Assembly: GCF_000002075.1 (NCBI RefSeq)
Contig: NW_004798197.1
Coordinates: 143,610-199,308 of the forward strand
From: Aplysia californica
Lineage: Eukaryota
DNA length: 55,699 nt
Direction: 5' to 3'
Shown here: positions 36,701-49,621 of the stretch, one piece after another
Layout of the letters: every line of letters begins with the position of its first letter
Numbering within the stretch: the stretch's first letter is position 1
The notes under the pieces: generated by a model
Database searches by the model: none
Told to the model about the DNA's origin: nothing
The model's input: the letters and a program-made list of their open reading frames with translations, nothing else
Made by a program: the position numbers and the translations under genes

Positions 36701-39700
36701 GAGGAATAAAATTTGCAAGAAAATGGCCGTCAAAGTTTAGTGACTTCCAAAGCTGTAGTGTCCTTACAAACTGTTCATAACTTTGGTATTATTGTAACCA
36801 TTGGTATTATTGTAACCATTGGTATTATTGTAACCATACAGGAATTTCCTAGTGAGTGTCTAGCGGGTACTCTGTTGTGGTTTGCTCCTTTCCTATCAAT
36901 TGTCTATATTTCTTATATCTCCTTCTTTTCTTTGCCCGTCACTCTCTTGTAACGCCTCTATTCTTCGCTCTTGTATGACCTAATTGTGTTGCAAGTGCTG
37001 TAAAACTCCCTGTGGGTGGTTGGCGGGTGCTCTGGTGTGGTTTGCTCCTTCTTTCCTATTAAACATCTGTCGTCCTTATCCCCCCACCCCCCTCCTTTTT
37101 TGCGTATGTTACTCTCTTGTAACACATAATCTATTCTTCTGCACTTATATGACCTTATTATGTTGCAAGTACCGTAAAACTTACTAAAACTAAAGCATGT
37201 CACTCTCTTGTAACACCTCTAGTTGCAAGTGCTGTAATACTCTCCCTAAGACATGCAAAGTGTGTTGTCTGAAACGGGTGCTGTGTTCTGTCCTCAGTTC
37301 CACACACCGCGGCGCTGCTCCGACGGCTGCGACGTCTCCCCATACTCACTCTCTCCTGTTGGCAGCAAAAGTCAGAAGCTCCTGAGGTCACCACGAAAGG
37401 TCAGTACTGGGTCAAGGGGTTGGAGGTGGGTGTGTGTTTTTTTTTTGTGTGTGTGGACAGTTATTATAGTAATTGACACTGACTTGTAAAAGTAAAAAGG
37501 TTGGGTAAGGATGGTTGTAGGGTTCCACCAGTAGTTCCTTTACTTGTCTTTCCCTCTGTTGTCTCTGTCTCTCGTTTTCCCATCACTAAGTGACTGTTAT
37601 TGTGTCCTTGTGCTGCTTTTAACTCAAATAAATCCGTGGGTGGTTAGCGGGTGCTCTTCTGCGGTTTGCTCTTTCTTTCCTATGAAACATCTGTCGTCCT
37701 TATTTCCCCTCCTTCTTTTTTGTGTTTGTTACTTTCTTGTAACTTCTCTAATGTTTGGAACTTATATAACCTAATTCTATTCCAAGTGCCTTAAGTCTCT
37801 TACTAAAACTATCTCTACTCCTTTGTGTTACTCTTTAGTGACCCCCCAGGGCAGTGCCACTGACTGTAGTGTCTTTGGGCCATTCCCTACGGAGGGACAT
37901 TTCTTCTTCAAGCACAGTGGAATTGTAAATGGGCTGATTCATGTCACGCTCATAACTGTGCCTGATCTACAACTCGGAACTGCTGCTTTTTCTCTCCTAA
38001 TCCTTACTATTGTCATTTTCCTCTACTTTTTTTGTATGTCTGTTGCACGCTTGTGACCCGCTATTTCCGGGGTGCCTTGATTGTCGAGGCAGACCTTGTG
38101 CTGTTGAAGTTAGAGAGGTGAGAAGAGTAAGTCTGATTCCCTGTAAAGACTTCTCTGTTGACACCCACCCCTTGGCGCTCATATGACCTTATGCAGGTGC
38201 AAGCGTCGTAAAACCCTCTACTATAAAAAAAATAAATAAATAATGCTCTTTAGAGGCACCTCTAATGATCAACACCCTCATGTCCCTATTGTGTTGCAGG
38301 TGCCGTAAAACGCTCACTAAACTTAAACATAGAGAGGTGGCCACCCTCATTCACAAAGGTTTTTTCCATTATCTGCTCCTGCAGGCTGTGCGGAAAATCT
38401 CCAAGATTCCATTCAAAGTTCTGGACGCGCCGGAGCTACAGGACGACTTCTACCTGAACCTTGTGGACTGGTCATCCCAGAATGTGCTGAGTGTGGGACT
38501 GGGCACCTGTGTGTACCTGTGGAGTGCTTGTACTAGTCAGGTACTGATGCTGTGTGTGTGTACCTGTGGATTGCTCGTACTAGTCAGTTACTGATGCTGT
38601 GTGTGTGTGTACCTGTGGAGTGCTTGTTGTTTGTGATGGGGAGTGGGTGTACTAGTCAGGTACTGATGTGTGCGTGTGTGTGGAGTTCTTATACCTGTCA
38701 GTAACTGATGCTGTGTGTGTACCTGTGGAGTGCTTGTACTAGTCAGGTACTGATGCTTTGTGTGTGTGTGTGTACCTGTGAAGTGTTTGTGTGTGTGCCT
38801 GTGGAGTGCTTGTTGTGTGTGATGTGGAGTGGGTGTACTAGTCAGGTACTGATGCTGTGTGTGTGTTTGTGTACCTGTGAGGTGTTTGTACTAGTCAGGT
38901 ACTGGTGCTGTGTGTGTGTGTGTACCTGTGGAGTGCTCGTACTAGTGGGGCACTGTTGCTGTGTTTGTGTGTACCAGTGGAGTGCTAGTTTGTGTGTGTG
39001 TGTGTGTACCTGTGGATGGTTGTTTTGTGTGTGTTTGCCTGTGGAGCGCTTGTACCAGTCAGGTCCTGATGCTCTGTGTATGTATGTGTGTGTGTGGGGG
39101 GGGGGGATGACAGACTTAATGCTTTGCCTGCCAGTAGTGGCTGCTAACAGGTCAAATAGGATCATCACACTTAAGCTCGCAGGGAAGAAAGACATGTGGC
39201 AATGGCATGGTTGGAAATTTGGAGGCTCTTGAAAGCTTCATAAAAATGCTCTCCGGCTCCTTATTTTTATTAGAAGTTTGTTTTCTTTTTGATAATCACA
39301 GTTTCTTCTTTGTTTTTTTGTTTTGTTTTTTAAGTCCTACCCATTCCTATTAACTGGTGCTTTAGTAGTTCCCTCAAAGTGTGCCATTATACAACTTGTT
39401 AAAGTTAACTGAGGATGTTGTTCTTGTTTGGTTTGAAAATTTTGTATAAGACATTCTGTCTTGTTTGGTGTAATGTCATTGGCCAAGGGAATTAGTAGAA
39501 CTGTATCAGATTCAGATCAAGAATTGTTGTTTGGTGAATGTCTTTAGCTTATGTTTTGTCTGTCTTTGTAATACTCAGTATATGGTGGGGGGGGGGGGGG
39601 GTTAGAATTGAAATAGTATTTCAATCCAAAAAGTATTGTGTATCCCCAACTTTCTCTATACCTCTATTCTACGTCTGAGACAAAGTGTCTAAAACCGAAG

Positions 39701-42700
39701 TTCTGTGTCTATAACGGTCAGTGGTTGAATAGTTCTTTGCTTTGAAGGTTTCCCTGTTTCTGTTTTCTGTTAGGTAATTCTTAAAGTGTACATTTCCATT
39801 AGGGATTGACATAATTCTATAATTCTGGCCGTGGTATGGTGAAGAAGAGTTGTCGCCGGGGTGGCTTTGTGTGAGCGGACAAGTTGCCTTCCAGTAAGGG
39901 AAACCGACACATGATGTGCCACACGCACGCACACACACACACGATGCGCGGCTGTAGTGTGATGATCCTGACTGTAGCACTCCCCGCCCAGAATGTTGGT
40001 TCGACCTCCCTGTTTTAACTATGAGAATCTTGTGCAGGTGACCAGACTGTGCGACCTGGCCTCGGACAACGACACAGTTACGTCGGTCTCCTGGTCAGAG
40101 AGGGTGAGTCTTTGACTAGCTCAGATGAGATAAGATAAGACAAGACAAGTGTAGATAAGATGAGACAGGATAAGATAATACTGTGGGAAATGTTCTGTGA
40201 CTTTATAGGAGTGGCAAAAACACATGAAGATATACTCAGAATTTAAATGATTTATTACTTTTTATAAAAAGAATTTCAATATGAAGGGAAAAACAAAAGC
40301 TGACAACAATACATGTCACATCAGGTGCATCTCTCAATTGACATGCAGGAACTTATCTCACATTTTGAACATATATTTCATATCTGGGATTTCAAATAAA
40401 AGCACATTTCTGAGTTGATTTTACTGAAAAATATCCATCAAAGACACGAAAAAGAATGAAAATTATTTTACATGGCCAGTTGGCACCTCTGTTGTATGTC
40501 TCATTTATTTGAGTTTGTTTTTTTCTTTTATCAGCTGTTCTCTGTTAACATCCACCTCTTGGCGCTCATATGACCTTATGCGGTTGCGAGCGCCGTAAAA
40601 CATGTACTAAAACTAAACTAAAACCTGTACTAAATGCCCTGTTATTGTTCTCTAAGAAGTCATCCCTTGACTGTGCTTCACTTGTGCTTTGTCATCAGAA
40701 CCTAAAACCTAGTGTCCAGCAAAATTGTGACAATTCAAAAATTTCGGGGGGGGGGGGGGGGTGTTGGATCTGCACTCCATTTAAATTTTCCCTTTTCAAT
40801 AACTTTTGAGTATTTGTTAAATATATGTATTGAGATGTTAATTCCAAACTAAGAAAGAAAGAATTAAGTAGGCACTAAAGTGATTTGTTCAAAGAAGTAT
40901 GTCCTACCTTTGGCTGTGTTTCCCCTGCTTAGGGCAATCAAGTCGCTGTGGGAACAAACAAAGGCTACGTGCAGATCTGGGATGTTTCAGTCAGCAAAAA
41001 AGTTCACACCTTGACAGGTCACAGTGCCAGAGTTGGTGAGTATATGACATGACATATGTACAGTTGAACTTTTGGTAAAAACCTTGCCTTGCTCTAAAAG
41101 CCATGCTGCTCTGTGGTGTGTAGTTAAGTGTGGTCCAAGTTTCTCTTTGTTGTTTCTCCAAGATATGTGGGTGGTTGGCGGGTGCTCTGGTATGGTTTGT
41201 TCCTTCTTTCCTATCAAATTTCTATCGTCCTTTTATCTCCTACTTCTTTTTTATGGTCTATTTGTGTTCGCAAGTGCCGTAAAATTCACACTCCCGACTG
41301 AAAACTTACCCAAACACCCAGCCCCATGGGTACCTGTGGGAAAGGGCAGAGGTGACCAGTATTTTAGCTTTTGGTTACTCTATAGGTTGTCAGTAGGGTG
41401 GTTGGAGGGCACCACTGATGGGTCGTACTTCTTTTGTTTCCTTCTGTTGTATCTGCTAGTGCTGGTGGTTGGAGAGCACCACTGGTTGGTCCTACTTCCT
41501 TTTTTTCCCTCTATAGAGTTTATCTATCTGTCTTGCTTCTTTCCTTCACTATATAACATTTTTTGTGTTGATGTGCTTTTCTCTACTCAGAGCCATGCCC
41601 TGCCACTGACTGAAGTGTCTTTTCGCCATTCTCAAAGGGGGGATATTAATATGTTCTTTTGCACAGTAGATTTGTAAATGGGCTGACTTATCAATGTCAT
41701 GCTCGTATTTTGCTGAAACAACATTGGGGGAACTGCTGCTTTTTCTTTCCTCGTCCTTACTATCGTCATTTTTCCTTTACTTCTTTTGTATGTTTGTGGC
41801 TTTCTTGTGAACTGTTGTTTCCGGGGTGCCTTGATAGTCGCAGCAGACACTTTGTGCTGTTAAGGCTAGAGATGTGAGCAGAGAACGCTGTGATTCCCCA
41901 GTTGGACTTCTCTGTTAATATCCACCCCTTGGCGCTCATATATACAGTTGCGAGCGCCGTGAAAACCTTACTAAAGCTAAATCTCTACTCAAAATCAGAG
42001 GCTGTCAGTTGTGCTGGGCATTGACTTACATTTTCGTCGACTAGATGTGCGGGTTAACTACCTGAAATTTACTGGATATAACTGGGTCAGCCTGGACTTC
42101 ACGTCTGTTCAGCAACATAATCCCAAACCCAAGCTTGCTTCCCTCTCGACTTGTGGCTGGTTGATTTACATCTAGATCCAACCCAGTTTATGTTTGGCTC
42201 TCGAGAGTTGCGGATCATTCTGGATTTGTTTCTTGCATTGAGGCCCCTTTTTAAATTTTGTTGTTGTCTTTTAACATTTAGAATTTGAATTTCAACACTA
42301 TTTCGTGTCTGCATGCAACCGAAAACACAGATTTAAAAAACTGCACTTATTATTTTATTTTTTTAATTTACTTGGTACATTTGAACAGCTTTCTGAAAAT
42401 ATGTTTTTCCAACAACCCCCTGTCTGTCTGTTTTGTACAGTGTACAGATGCTCTGGAGCGGGTTTGCTTCTTATTTTCTATCAAACATCTACCTCCCTGA
42501 TCTCTCCTTTTTTTGTTTGTTACTCACTTTTACCTTTGGCATTTGTATGACCTTAGAATTGTGTTGCAAGTGCCATAAAACGTCCACTAAAACAAAGCCC
42601 CTGGCTGTCTGTGTGTACAGGAGCTCTTGCGTGGAATGGAGACATGTTGTCCTCGGGCAGTCGCGACAGGTTGATATTGCAGCGAGACATCCGGACTCCT

Positions 42701-45700
42701 AATTCCACACCCGAGAGGAAGCTCATCGGCCACAAGCAAGAGGTGAGTCTCTGGTTGTTGTGTGCAGCAAAGTGAGAGGACGAGACAGTAGGACAGTGAT
42801 TGGACAAAACAGCAAAATGATGGGACAGTACAGCTAAGTGAGAGGACAGAACAGTAGGAAAGTGGTAGGACAATACAGCAGGAAAGTGTTAAGACATAAA
42901 AACAGCAAAGTGGGAGGACCAAATCTGTTGTCCAGCTGTTGTATGCAGCAAAGAGCAGGGTATCGGAAAATAGGGGACCCGGTCAAATGCCAATAAATGG
43001 GTCATCTTCAATCCAATTTGAACTAAATTTTGAACAAATAAAGAGCAACCAATGGGGTGTCAAGTTGGTAAATATAAAGAAAACCAGTCTACTTGTGAAG
43101 GAAATGTCAAGTTTTGAAAATTTCAACTTTAACACATTACACACTAAGGGCCTGGACGAGAAGTCCATTGTTAGATCATAAGCAAGGGGAAGGAACCCAC
43201 CTCCCGTGAATACAAGCGTTTAAAAAACACTTTAAAAAAATACTAAACAAATTCCAAAAATCCTGAAAAAATAAAAGTTAAAAAGAAAATGTAGTTTCAG
43301 AAACATATAACTTTATGTATGCGCAAACTGTTGGAGATGTTCTAACTTTAGTTCAATCGGGGTGTCCGACCCGTCACTCACTCTCAGCCTCGCGGTCGGG
43401 CCCTAGATCTAAATTCTAGATTTTCTCCATCTGATCAATCTGAATCGCCCCAAACTCTTGCTACAACGTTTTCATCAAAATCTGAGCCATCTGATTTGTC
43501 CTATGCTTGTTTTTTGCTCAAATCCATCGTTATTTCCATTTTTGAACTCAGTTATGTCGCTTTTCAACAAGTCGAGACACTTTCGAAGTGTCGGTAACGC
43601 GATCGCGTTTCGATCAGCTCTAATACTAAAACTACTGGCCCGAAAAATTTCGTTTCGATATCAACCGAAAGAAGAAACTTTTTGCTATAACAAATCAAAA
43701 TCTCGGCCCCAGGGTCTCGTCAAGGCGACACTTCGTTTCTAAAGACGCTAGGTCGCCGCGGGCGAGTCTGGGTGGAGCGTTTAAGGGAATTCCCTGGCGA
43801 GTTAGGGTGTAATGTGTTAATTGAGTAAAACACAGAACTTTATAATTAAGCTCAGCTGGTATCATGCTGAGTTATGGAAAGGATGGCCATGGTTAAAATC
43901 CTAGACTGGGCGTTCTTGAACTCCGCCGTCACTTTGTTGTGAGTTTTCAGAGCTCTCAAACCATTTGGCTTTGTCCTATTGGAGACAGACATTAAATTCG
44001 GCAGTCCTGCTTTTTGAATAACCTATTAAGAGTTGACAGGGGCATGGGGCATTTTACCTGTATACTCCCCCCCCCACGCCTCCTAAATGATGTAAATTGT
44101 GTGTTGATGCTCTTTTCTTTACTCAGTGGTAGGGTGGAAAATGAGAGCAATTGTGACTTTAAATAATTGTGTTAATGTTCTTTTCTTAACTCGGTGGTAG
44201 GATGGAAACTGAGAGCAATTGTGACTGTAAATAACTGTGTGTTGTATCTGGTCTCCTCTCCCCCAGGTGTGCGGCCTGAAATGGTCACCTGACCACCAGC
44301 ACCTGGCCTCGGGTGGCAACGACAACCGCCTGTTTGTGTGGAACGCGACCAGCACCACGCCCATGCAGCACCACATGGAGCACTTGGCTGCCGTCAAGGC
44401 CATTGCCTGGTCGCCCCACCAGCACGGGCTGTTGGCCAGCGGGGGCGGCACGGCTGACCGCTGCATCCGCTTCTGGAACACGTTGACCAACCAGCCGCTG
44501 CACTGCGTGGACACGGGCTCCCAAGTCTGCAACCTGGCCTGGTCCAAACACTCCAACGAGCTGGTAAGCACACACTATCTCTGTTACTTCTTATTTACCG
44601 GTTATTGTGTGTGGGGGGGGGTGGTGGTGTTTTGGGTTTTTTTCCTTGCCCTTTCAAAGTGATGCCGTCTGATTAGTACAATGTTGCGTAGGTGATGTGT
44701 TAGCGATAGTCAACACTAGGTTATGAAAAGATGAGATTTTTAGATGGTAGTCTGTACGTTGTGAGTTTTTTATGGTTCGATTCATTTTGTCTTGTGACTT
44801 TTCTTAGTATTGCTAAGTTGTCCCTTTATGTTTGTGTGGTGTAAAAAGCGTTCGGTTGAGGGAGGATGTAGTTCTTGTGTGGTGTAATGTCGTTGACCAA
44901 GGTAATTGGTAGAACTGTGTCTGATTCAGATCAAGAATCGTTATGGGGTTAATGTCTGTAGCTTATGTTTTCTCTGTCTTTATATAACTCAGCATGAATT
45001 GGGGGAGGGGGGTAGAATTTTAAAAAAAAATTGTTTAGACACTCTCTGTGAAGAATGCTCTAGTGATCAATTAGACAGCAAAATATTTTAGTTGGGTTGA
45101 ACAGTTCTGTACTTTCAAGGTCTTCCGTGTTTCTCTGTTTTCCGTTTGGTAGTTCTTAAAGTGTTCATTTCCATTAGGGACTGACATAATTCTGGCCGTG
45201 GTATGGTGAAGAAGAGTTGTGGCCGGGGTGGCTTTGTGTGAGCGGACAAGTTGCTTCCCACTGAGACTAACATGTCACTGGCACATGAGGAGCCGAGCCC
45301 CCCCCCCCCCAAAGAACTGAATTTAAAAATAGTGAACGTTGACGACTTGTTTTTGTTGTGGTTGCTCCAGACCGAAGGGCTAGAACCCAAATGGCCGCTG
45401 GATCGGAAAAGTAAAAGTCAGTTGTGGTTGCTTAGGCAGAAACATGTGAAATGAGTTGTTGCTTGAGACTGGGCTTTTGGGTTTGTTTTTTTTTGTTCAC
45501 TTACATTGTTTTTCTCTCTTCTCTCTCCCACACACAGGTAAGCACACATGGCTACTCTCAGAACCAGATCTTGGTGTGGAAGTACCCGTCACTTGTACAG
45601 ATTGCCAAACTGACGGGACATTCCTACAGGGTGCTCTACCTGGTGAGTCTGTGTGTCGCGACAGCGCAGTGCCCAGCCCAGTTTGTGTGTTTTGCAAGTT

Positions 45701-46765
45701 ACGGAATTTTAAAAAGTTAAGAACTGTAGAAATGGTGGAGAGAAATATTTTCTTTCCAATTTTCAAGCTGGCTGCCGTTTCCATTTCAACGGCTTACATA
45801 ATCGACTGTGTCAACAGTGCTTTTTTACTGCCTGTGACAAAAGTTGTTTCAGTTTAAAATGTCCCGTAAGTATTGAGCCCCCTTAATGCCCCATAAATGT
45901 CAAGTCCCATAATGTCTGATAAATGAAAGTCACACAATATCCCATAATGTCTGCTGAGCGTGTTAAGTCCCATGAACATGACGTCCGGGCTGTACTGACA
46001 TTTGCCTGTTTGTCTGTGGTTGTCCAGGCGATGTCTCCAGACGGGGAAGCCATCGTGACTGGAGCGGGAGATGAAACTCTGAGGTTCTGGAACGTTTTCA
46101 GCAAAACACGATCAACAAAGGTACGTGCATGGGTGCTCTGCTGTGCTGTGTTCCTTCTTTCCTATCAAACATCCGTCGTTCTTATCTCTCCTCCTTCTTC
46201 TCTTTGTGTGTTACTCTCTAGTAGCAGCTCGAATCTTCAGCACTTATGTGACAAAAATGTGCCATAAAACCAAAGGCACATACCTGTATGTCTGTCTGTC
46301 TCTTCTCCTAGTCTCAGTGTCTTTATTAGGGTAGTGTGGGTGGTTGGAGGGCATATCTAGCTGGTCCTACTACTTTTGTCCCCCTCTGTTGTCTCTGTTT
46401 GGGTGTTTAGAGGGTGCCAATGGTAGGTCTTATTTGTTTTCTGCCCCACTGTTAATTCTGTTTGGGTGGTTGGAAGGTGCCACTGGTGGGTCCTACTTTT
46501 TCTCTTTCCATGTGTTATTTCTGTCTGTATGGGTGGTTGCAATACAACAGGAAAAAAAAAACACAAGTGGGAATAGGTCATTTGTACAGATTGTCTTATA
46601 ATGGTGGCCGTTAAAGCAGGTTGGCCTGTATTTCTGCCATTTCCTCTGGTGGAATGAGGAGAGAAAGTTGGGAGATGTTATTTCTCCCCAAGCCTGTCAC
46701 TCTGTTTGTGTTTCTGTCCTCAGGAGTCCAAGTCCGTGCTGAATCTCTTCACCCGCATCAGATAA
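33720..46765 (+). CDS. FZR1: Fizzy-related protein homolog (Cdh1, APC/C co-activator, WD40), spliced gene, 480 aa
   Basis: join(33720..33785,35066..35173,35552..35674,36303..36362,37298..37399,38385..38540,40038..40103,40933..41035,42621..42742,44267..44563,45538..45642,46028..46120,46724..46765). Contains C-box [50 protein letters not shown] and the C-terminal IR tail. Confidence 0.98.
35066..35173 (+). CDS. FZR1: FZR1 coding exon 2 (C-box)
   Basis: [19 protein letters not shown]. Confidence 0.95.
35552..35674 (+). CDS. FZR1: FZR1 coding exon 3
   Basis: [20 protein letters not shown]. Confidence 0.95.
36303..36362 (+). CDS. FZR1: FZR1 coding exon 4
   Basis: [20 protein letters not shown]. 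Confidence 0.9.
36850..37250 (+). repeat. Tandem copies of the ~170-bp interspersed repeat
   Basis: About 2.5 head-to-tail units. Confidence 0.8.
37298..37399 (+). CDS. FZR1: FZR1 coding exon 5
   Basis: [23 protein letters not shown]. Confidence 0.96.
37853..38226 (+). repeat. ~370-bp LINE-3'/SINE-like repeat
   Basis: Homologous to about 41600-41985; both end in a GGCGCTC..GCGCC-like stem followed by G..AAAAC. Confidence 0.7.
38385..38540 (+). CDS. FZR1: FZR1 coding exon 6
   Basis: [28 protein letters not shown]...[11 protein letters not shown]. Confidence 0.97.
38507..39072 (+). repeat. Minisatellite derived from the FZR1 exon 6 end and donor site
   Basis: Unit gtgtacctgtggagtgcttgtactagtcaggtactgatgct(gt)n repeated with variation. 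Confidence 0.92.
39467..39888 (+). repeat. ~400-bp direct duplication shared between FZR1 introns 6 and 10
   Basis: Aligns to about 44879-45255. Confidence 0.8.
40038..40103 (+). CDS. FZR1: FZR1 coding exon 7
   Basis: [22 protein letters not shown]. Confidence 0.96.
40933..41035 (+). CDS. FZR1: FZR1 coding exon 8
   Basis: [17 protein letters not shown]...GHSARV. Confidence 0.96.
42621..42742 (+). CDS. FZR1: FZR1 coding exon 9
   Basis: [24 protein letters not shown]...GHKQE. Confidence 0.96.
43133..43816. mobile_element. 684-bp piggyBac-like MITE
   Basis: TTAA TSD; TIR CACATTACAC.CTAA. Confidence 0.8.
44267..44563 (+). CDS. FZR1: FZR1 coding exon 10
   Basis: [20 protein letters not shown]...SKHSNEL. 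Confidence 0.97.
45538..45642 (+). CDS. FZR1: FZR1 coding exon 11
   Basis: [19 protein letters not shown]...GHSYRVLYL. Confidence 0.97.
46028..46120 (+). CDS. FZR1: FZR1 coding exon 12
   Basis: [31 protein letters not shown]. Confidence 0.97.
46724..46765 (+). CDS. FZR1: FZR1 terminal coding exon (IR tail)
   Basis: [13 protein letters not shown]. Confidence 0.96.
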   Translation, partial: ESKSVLNLFTRIR

Positions 46766-46939
46766 ACATTTGGCTGTGACCTTCACTTACGACCTTCACC
46801 ACATTGTGTGTGTGGCCACCTTCACAGCATTGTATGTGTGAAGACCCAAGTGGAAAGTTGTCGAATCTTCATTCATTGTCTGGGAGTTGGGGTCTATGTG
46901 TGGATTATGAATGGGGCTTGAATTGGATAAGATTGACTT

Positions 46940-47260
46940 TGTGAGTAAATGATCCTTGTATCACTGAGTGAATGATCCTTGTATCGCTGAGTGAAAGATA
47001 CTTGTATCGCTGAGTGAGTGTGAATGATAATTGTATCGCTGAGTGAATGATACTTGTATTGCTGAGTGGGTGTGAATGGTACTTGTATCGCTGAGTGAAT
47101 GATGCTTGTATCGCTGAGTGAGTGTGAATGATACTTGTATCGCTGAGTGAGTGTGAATGATACATATATTGCTGAGTAAGTGTGAATGATACTTGTATTG
47201 CTGAGTGAGTGTGGATGATACTTGTATCGCTGAGTGAGTGTGAATGATACTTGTATTGCT
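46940..47260 (+). repeat. Minisatellite in the probable FZR1 3'UTR
   Basis: Units gtgaatgatacttgtatcgctga(gtgagt), about 23-29 bp. Confidence 0.9.
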
Positions 47261-49343
47261 ATAGAAATTGAGTTTATTACTTCATGAGTGAGCAGCCCAT
47301 TATTGCTGAGTGAATGTTTGTAACTTTGTTGTGGGGAATTCCCAGAGCCATACAAAATGACTGACCCCTGGAGTGTTCAGGTCTTGTGGAAGAACTGGGC
47401 CGGTCAGTCTGTGCGTCTGCTTATCTGGACTCTCTTTTTGTCAGTGTGTATGTTTTGGATCCTTTCGGGGGTTGTTGTTTTTTTATTTATGGTTTTAAAA
47501 AAACACCTTTGGTTATAATTGGATATATTGATCAAATTGTGATGGATTGTGTGGTATTAGTTGGGAGGAAAAAGTTAAGGCACGTTTTTTTTCTTCTGTC
47601 ATTGAGAAGTAGGAGTATAGAGGGGAAGCTGATGGGAGTTTTGTGTGTGCTGTATAGTGGAGGCTTCATCTGAGACGGCCGCCCATTGTTGATGAGGTAT
47701 GTGGTCCTCCCACAGTCTCGTTATAGCGTAGACAAAGACACAAAGAAGTGGGAAGCCACAGTTTTTATAGAGGTGATTGTCTTATACAGGTGGTCGTTGG
47801 AGCAGGTAGGACTGTAATAGTTGAGAACGGATGGGACTATGTGGGGAAGTTTTACCAAGGAAGATGTTACAGGAAAATAAAACTGACGTCTGTGGTGTAG
47901 TGGACGGGGTCTTCACTGTCGCACGCAGGAGACCCGAGTTCAATTTCGAAGTGAGGAAAAAATTCTATGGAGTGCGGTATCGCTGTCTTTCTGCTGGGAT
48001 GGGGTGGCCCTGATAAGCAGGCTCGTAGCCCACCTCCAAAATGGTCTAGATTGTGTTACTTGGAAAGGGGGGGGGGGGTGTGGCGGCTTTGAAAACAACT
48101 GTTTGACTGTATTTCCATGTTAATGCAAGTGGGGAGTCAGTATTATTTTTGAAATTTTTTGCTGTTGCTGTACTGTATTTCCACAGCCACGTGGAGTATC
48201 TGTCACTTTGTATGTATCATGTGTCATTGTGTGTTGATTTGGGTTGGGGGTTTTTTTTAGATACGGTACTGCAGTACTTCTGGGCATCTTGTCTTGTCAG
48301 TGAATTGTCGTGATGTCACGACTGTGGCTGTTGTTGGCATTTGTTTTTATTTGGGGGGGGGGGGCAGTTCTGCATTACTTTGCTCAGTTGTCGAGTTGGA
48401 ACTATTTAGTAGCGTAGTGTATGTTATAGCGGGCGAACATTGCATGTACGTGTACCAGGCTCGTTTAGTTGTTCTGGTTTTTTGAAACCGTGGCTGTCAC
48501 AGTTGTCTGTACAGGCCAAAGTGTGTGTGTGACTGTATGGGTATGTCTGGGATATGTGATAGTTACACTGGAAAAATTTCTTTGCTTTGTGATGCTTGTC
48601 TTGTCTGTGTGTTTGTTTTGTCTGCCTGTGTGTGTGTGATGTTTGTTTTGTCTGTGTGAGGTTACCTTGGATTGTACAGACATAAGACAGGGCTGTGGAC
48701 GGTGCAGGAGATAACGTGTTGGGCCAGCGGTGGGTGTACTTGTGAGACTTGGGTGTGAGGAATGTTTCGTATGTTGGCCGGACATGAGGCGGAGGTTTGT
48801 ATATATATAGCTGAGAGGAGAGTGCGGGCAAAGTTGTTCAGGTGATGCTTTGCAGGGGTGGGTTGTGACGTTTGCAAGATGACCAGTTGGGTATACAGCA
48901 CACAAAGTGGTGACTGGCCTTGGGAGACGGATGATTGTTTATTTTTTGGTCTGGTGTGTAGATTGTTCATGGTTTCTGTCTCTGGATAATATAATGTCTT
49001 GCAATAACGTATGTTATGGAGTTGTTTTTTTGGGGGTTTTATGGACAGCATGCACAGTTTGTAGACATTTTATGCCTGAAATTATCAGTTGTGGTCTTTA
49101 AGTAACAATGTTGACACAAGTGTCGTTTCCATGATTTAGATAAAAATTAACTTTTGCTACTGTTATTTTCGAACATTTTGATACAAAATAACTTGCATAC
49201 ATACAAAAATGTTTTTAAAAATGTACACGACGGAGCATGAGATGTGGCATCCACAGAAACTGGGAGCAAAACGAGTTATGTGTGAGGTTCTACTTGAGTC
49301 ACGGTGTGTGTGTGTGTATCTGGCCAGGAAGTAGGCTGTAGAC

Positions 49344-49621
49344 CAGGGTTCCTGCGGGAAAACTCTTTGAATTTACAATCTGGGAAAACTTTCCCTCAAA
49401 ACTTCTTGAATTTGTGGAATCTCCTTGAAAACTCCTTGAATTTCACCTGATCGGACACAGAACAAATTTTTTGTCGGAAAATCTAAACTACGATTCCTTT
49501 CTGACAAGTGTAGGCCTATTGGAAATAGGCTTTTGGTATGCATTTCTTGACCAAATCTGGAATTTTTTAAATTTCTCCTTGAAATCTTAAATTTGGTGGG
49601 GATTTCCTGTCAGGAACCCTG
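49344..49621. mobile_element. hAT-like MITE
   Basis: TIR CAGGGTTCCTG..GGAAA; TSD degenerate. Confidence 0.6.

Noticed and set aside
38708-39232. 174-aa ORF with repeated [10 protein letters not shown]
   Set aside because: Translation of the exon-derived minisatellite, not a separate gene
46894-47355. 153-aa repetitive minus-strand ORF
   Set aside because: Translation of a minisatellite; no splice or homology support
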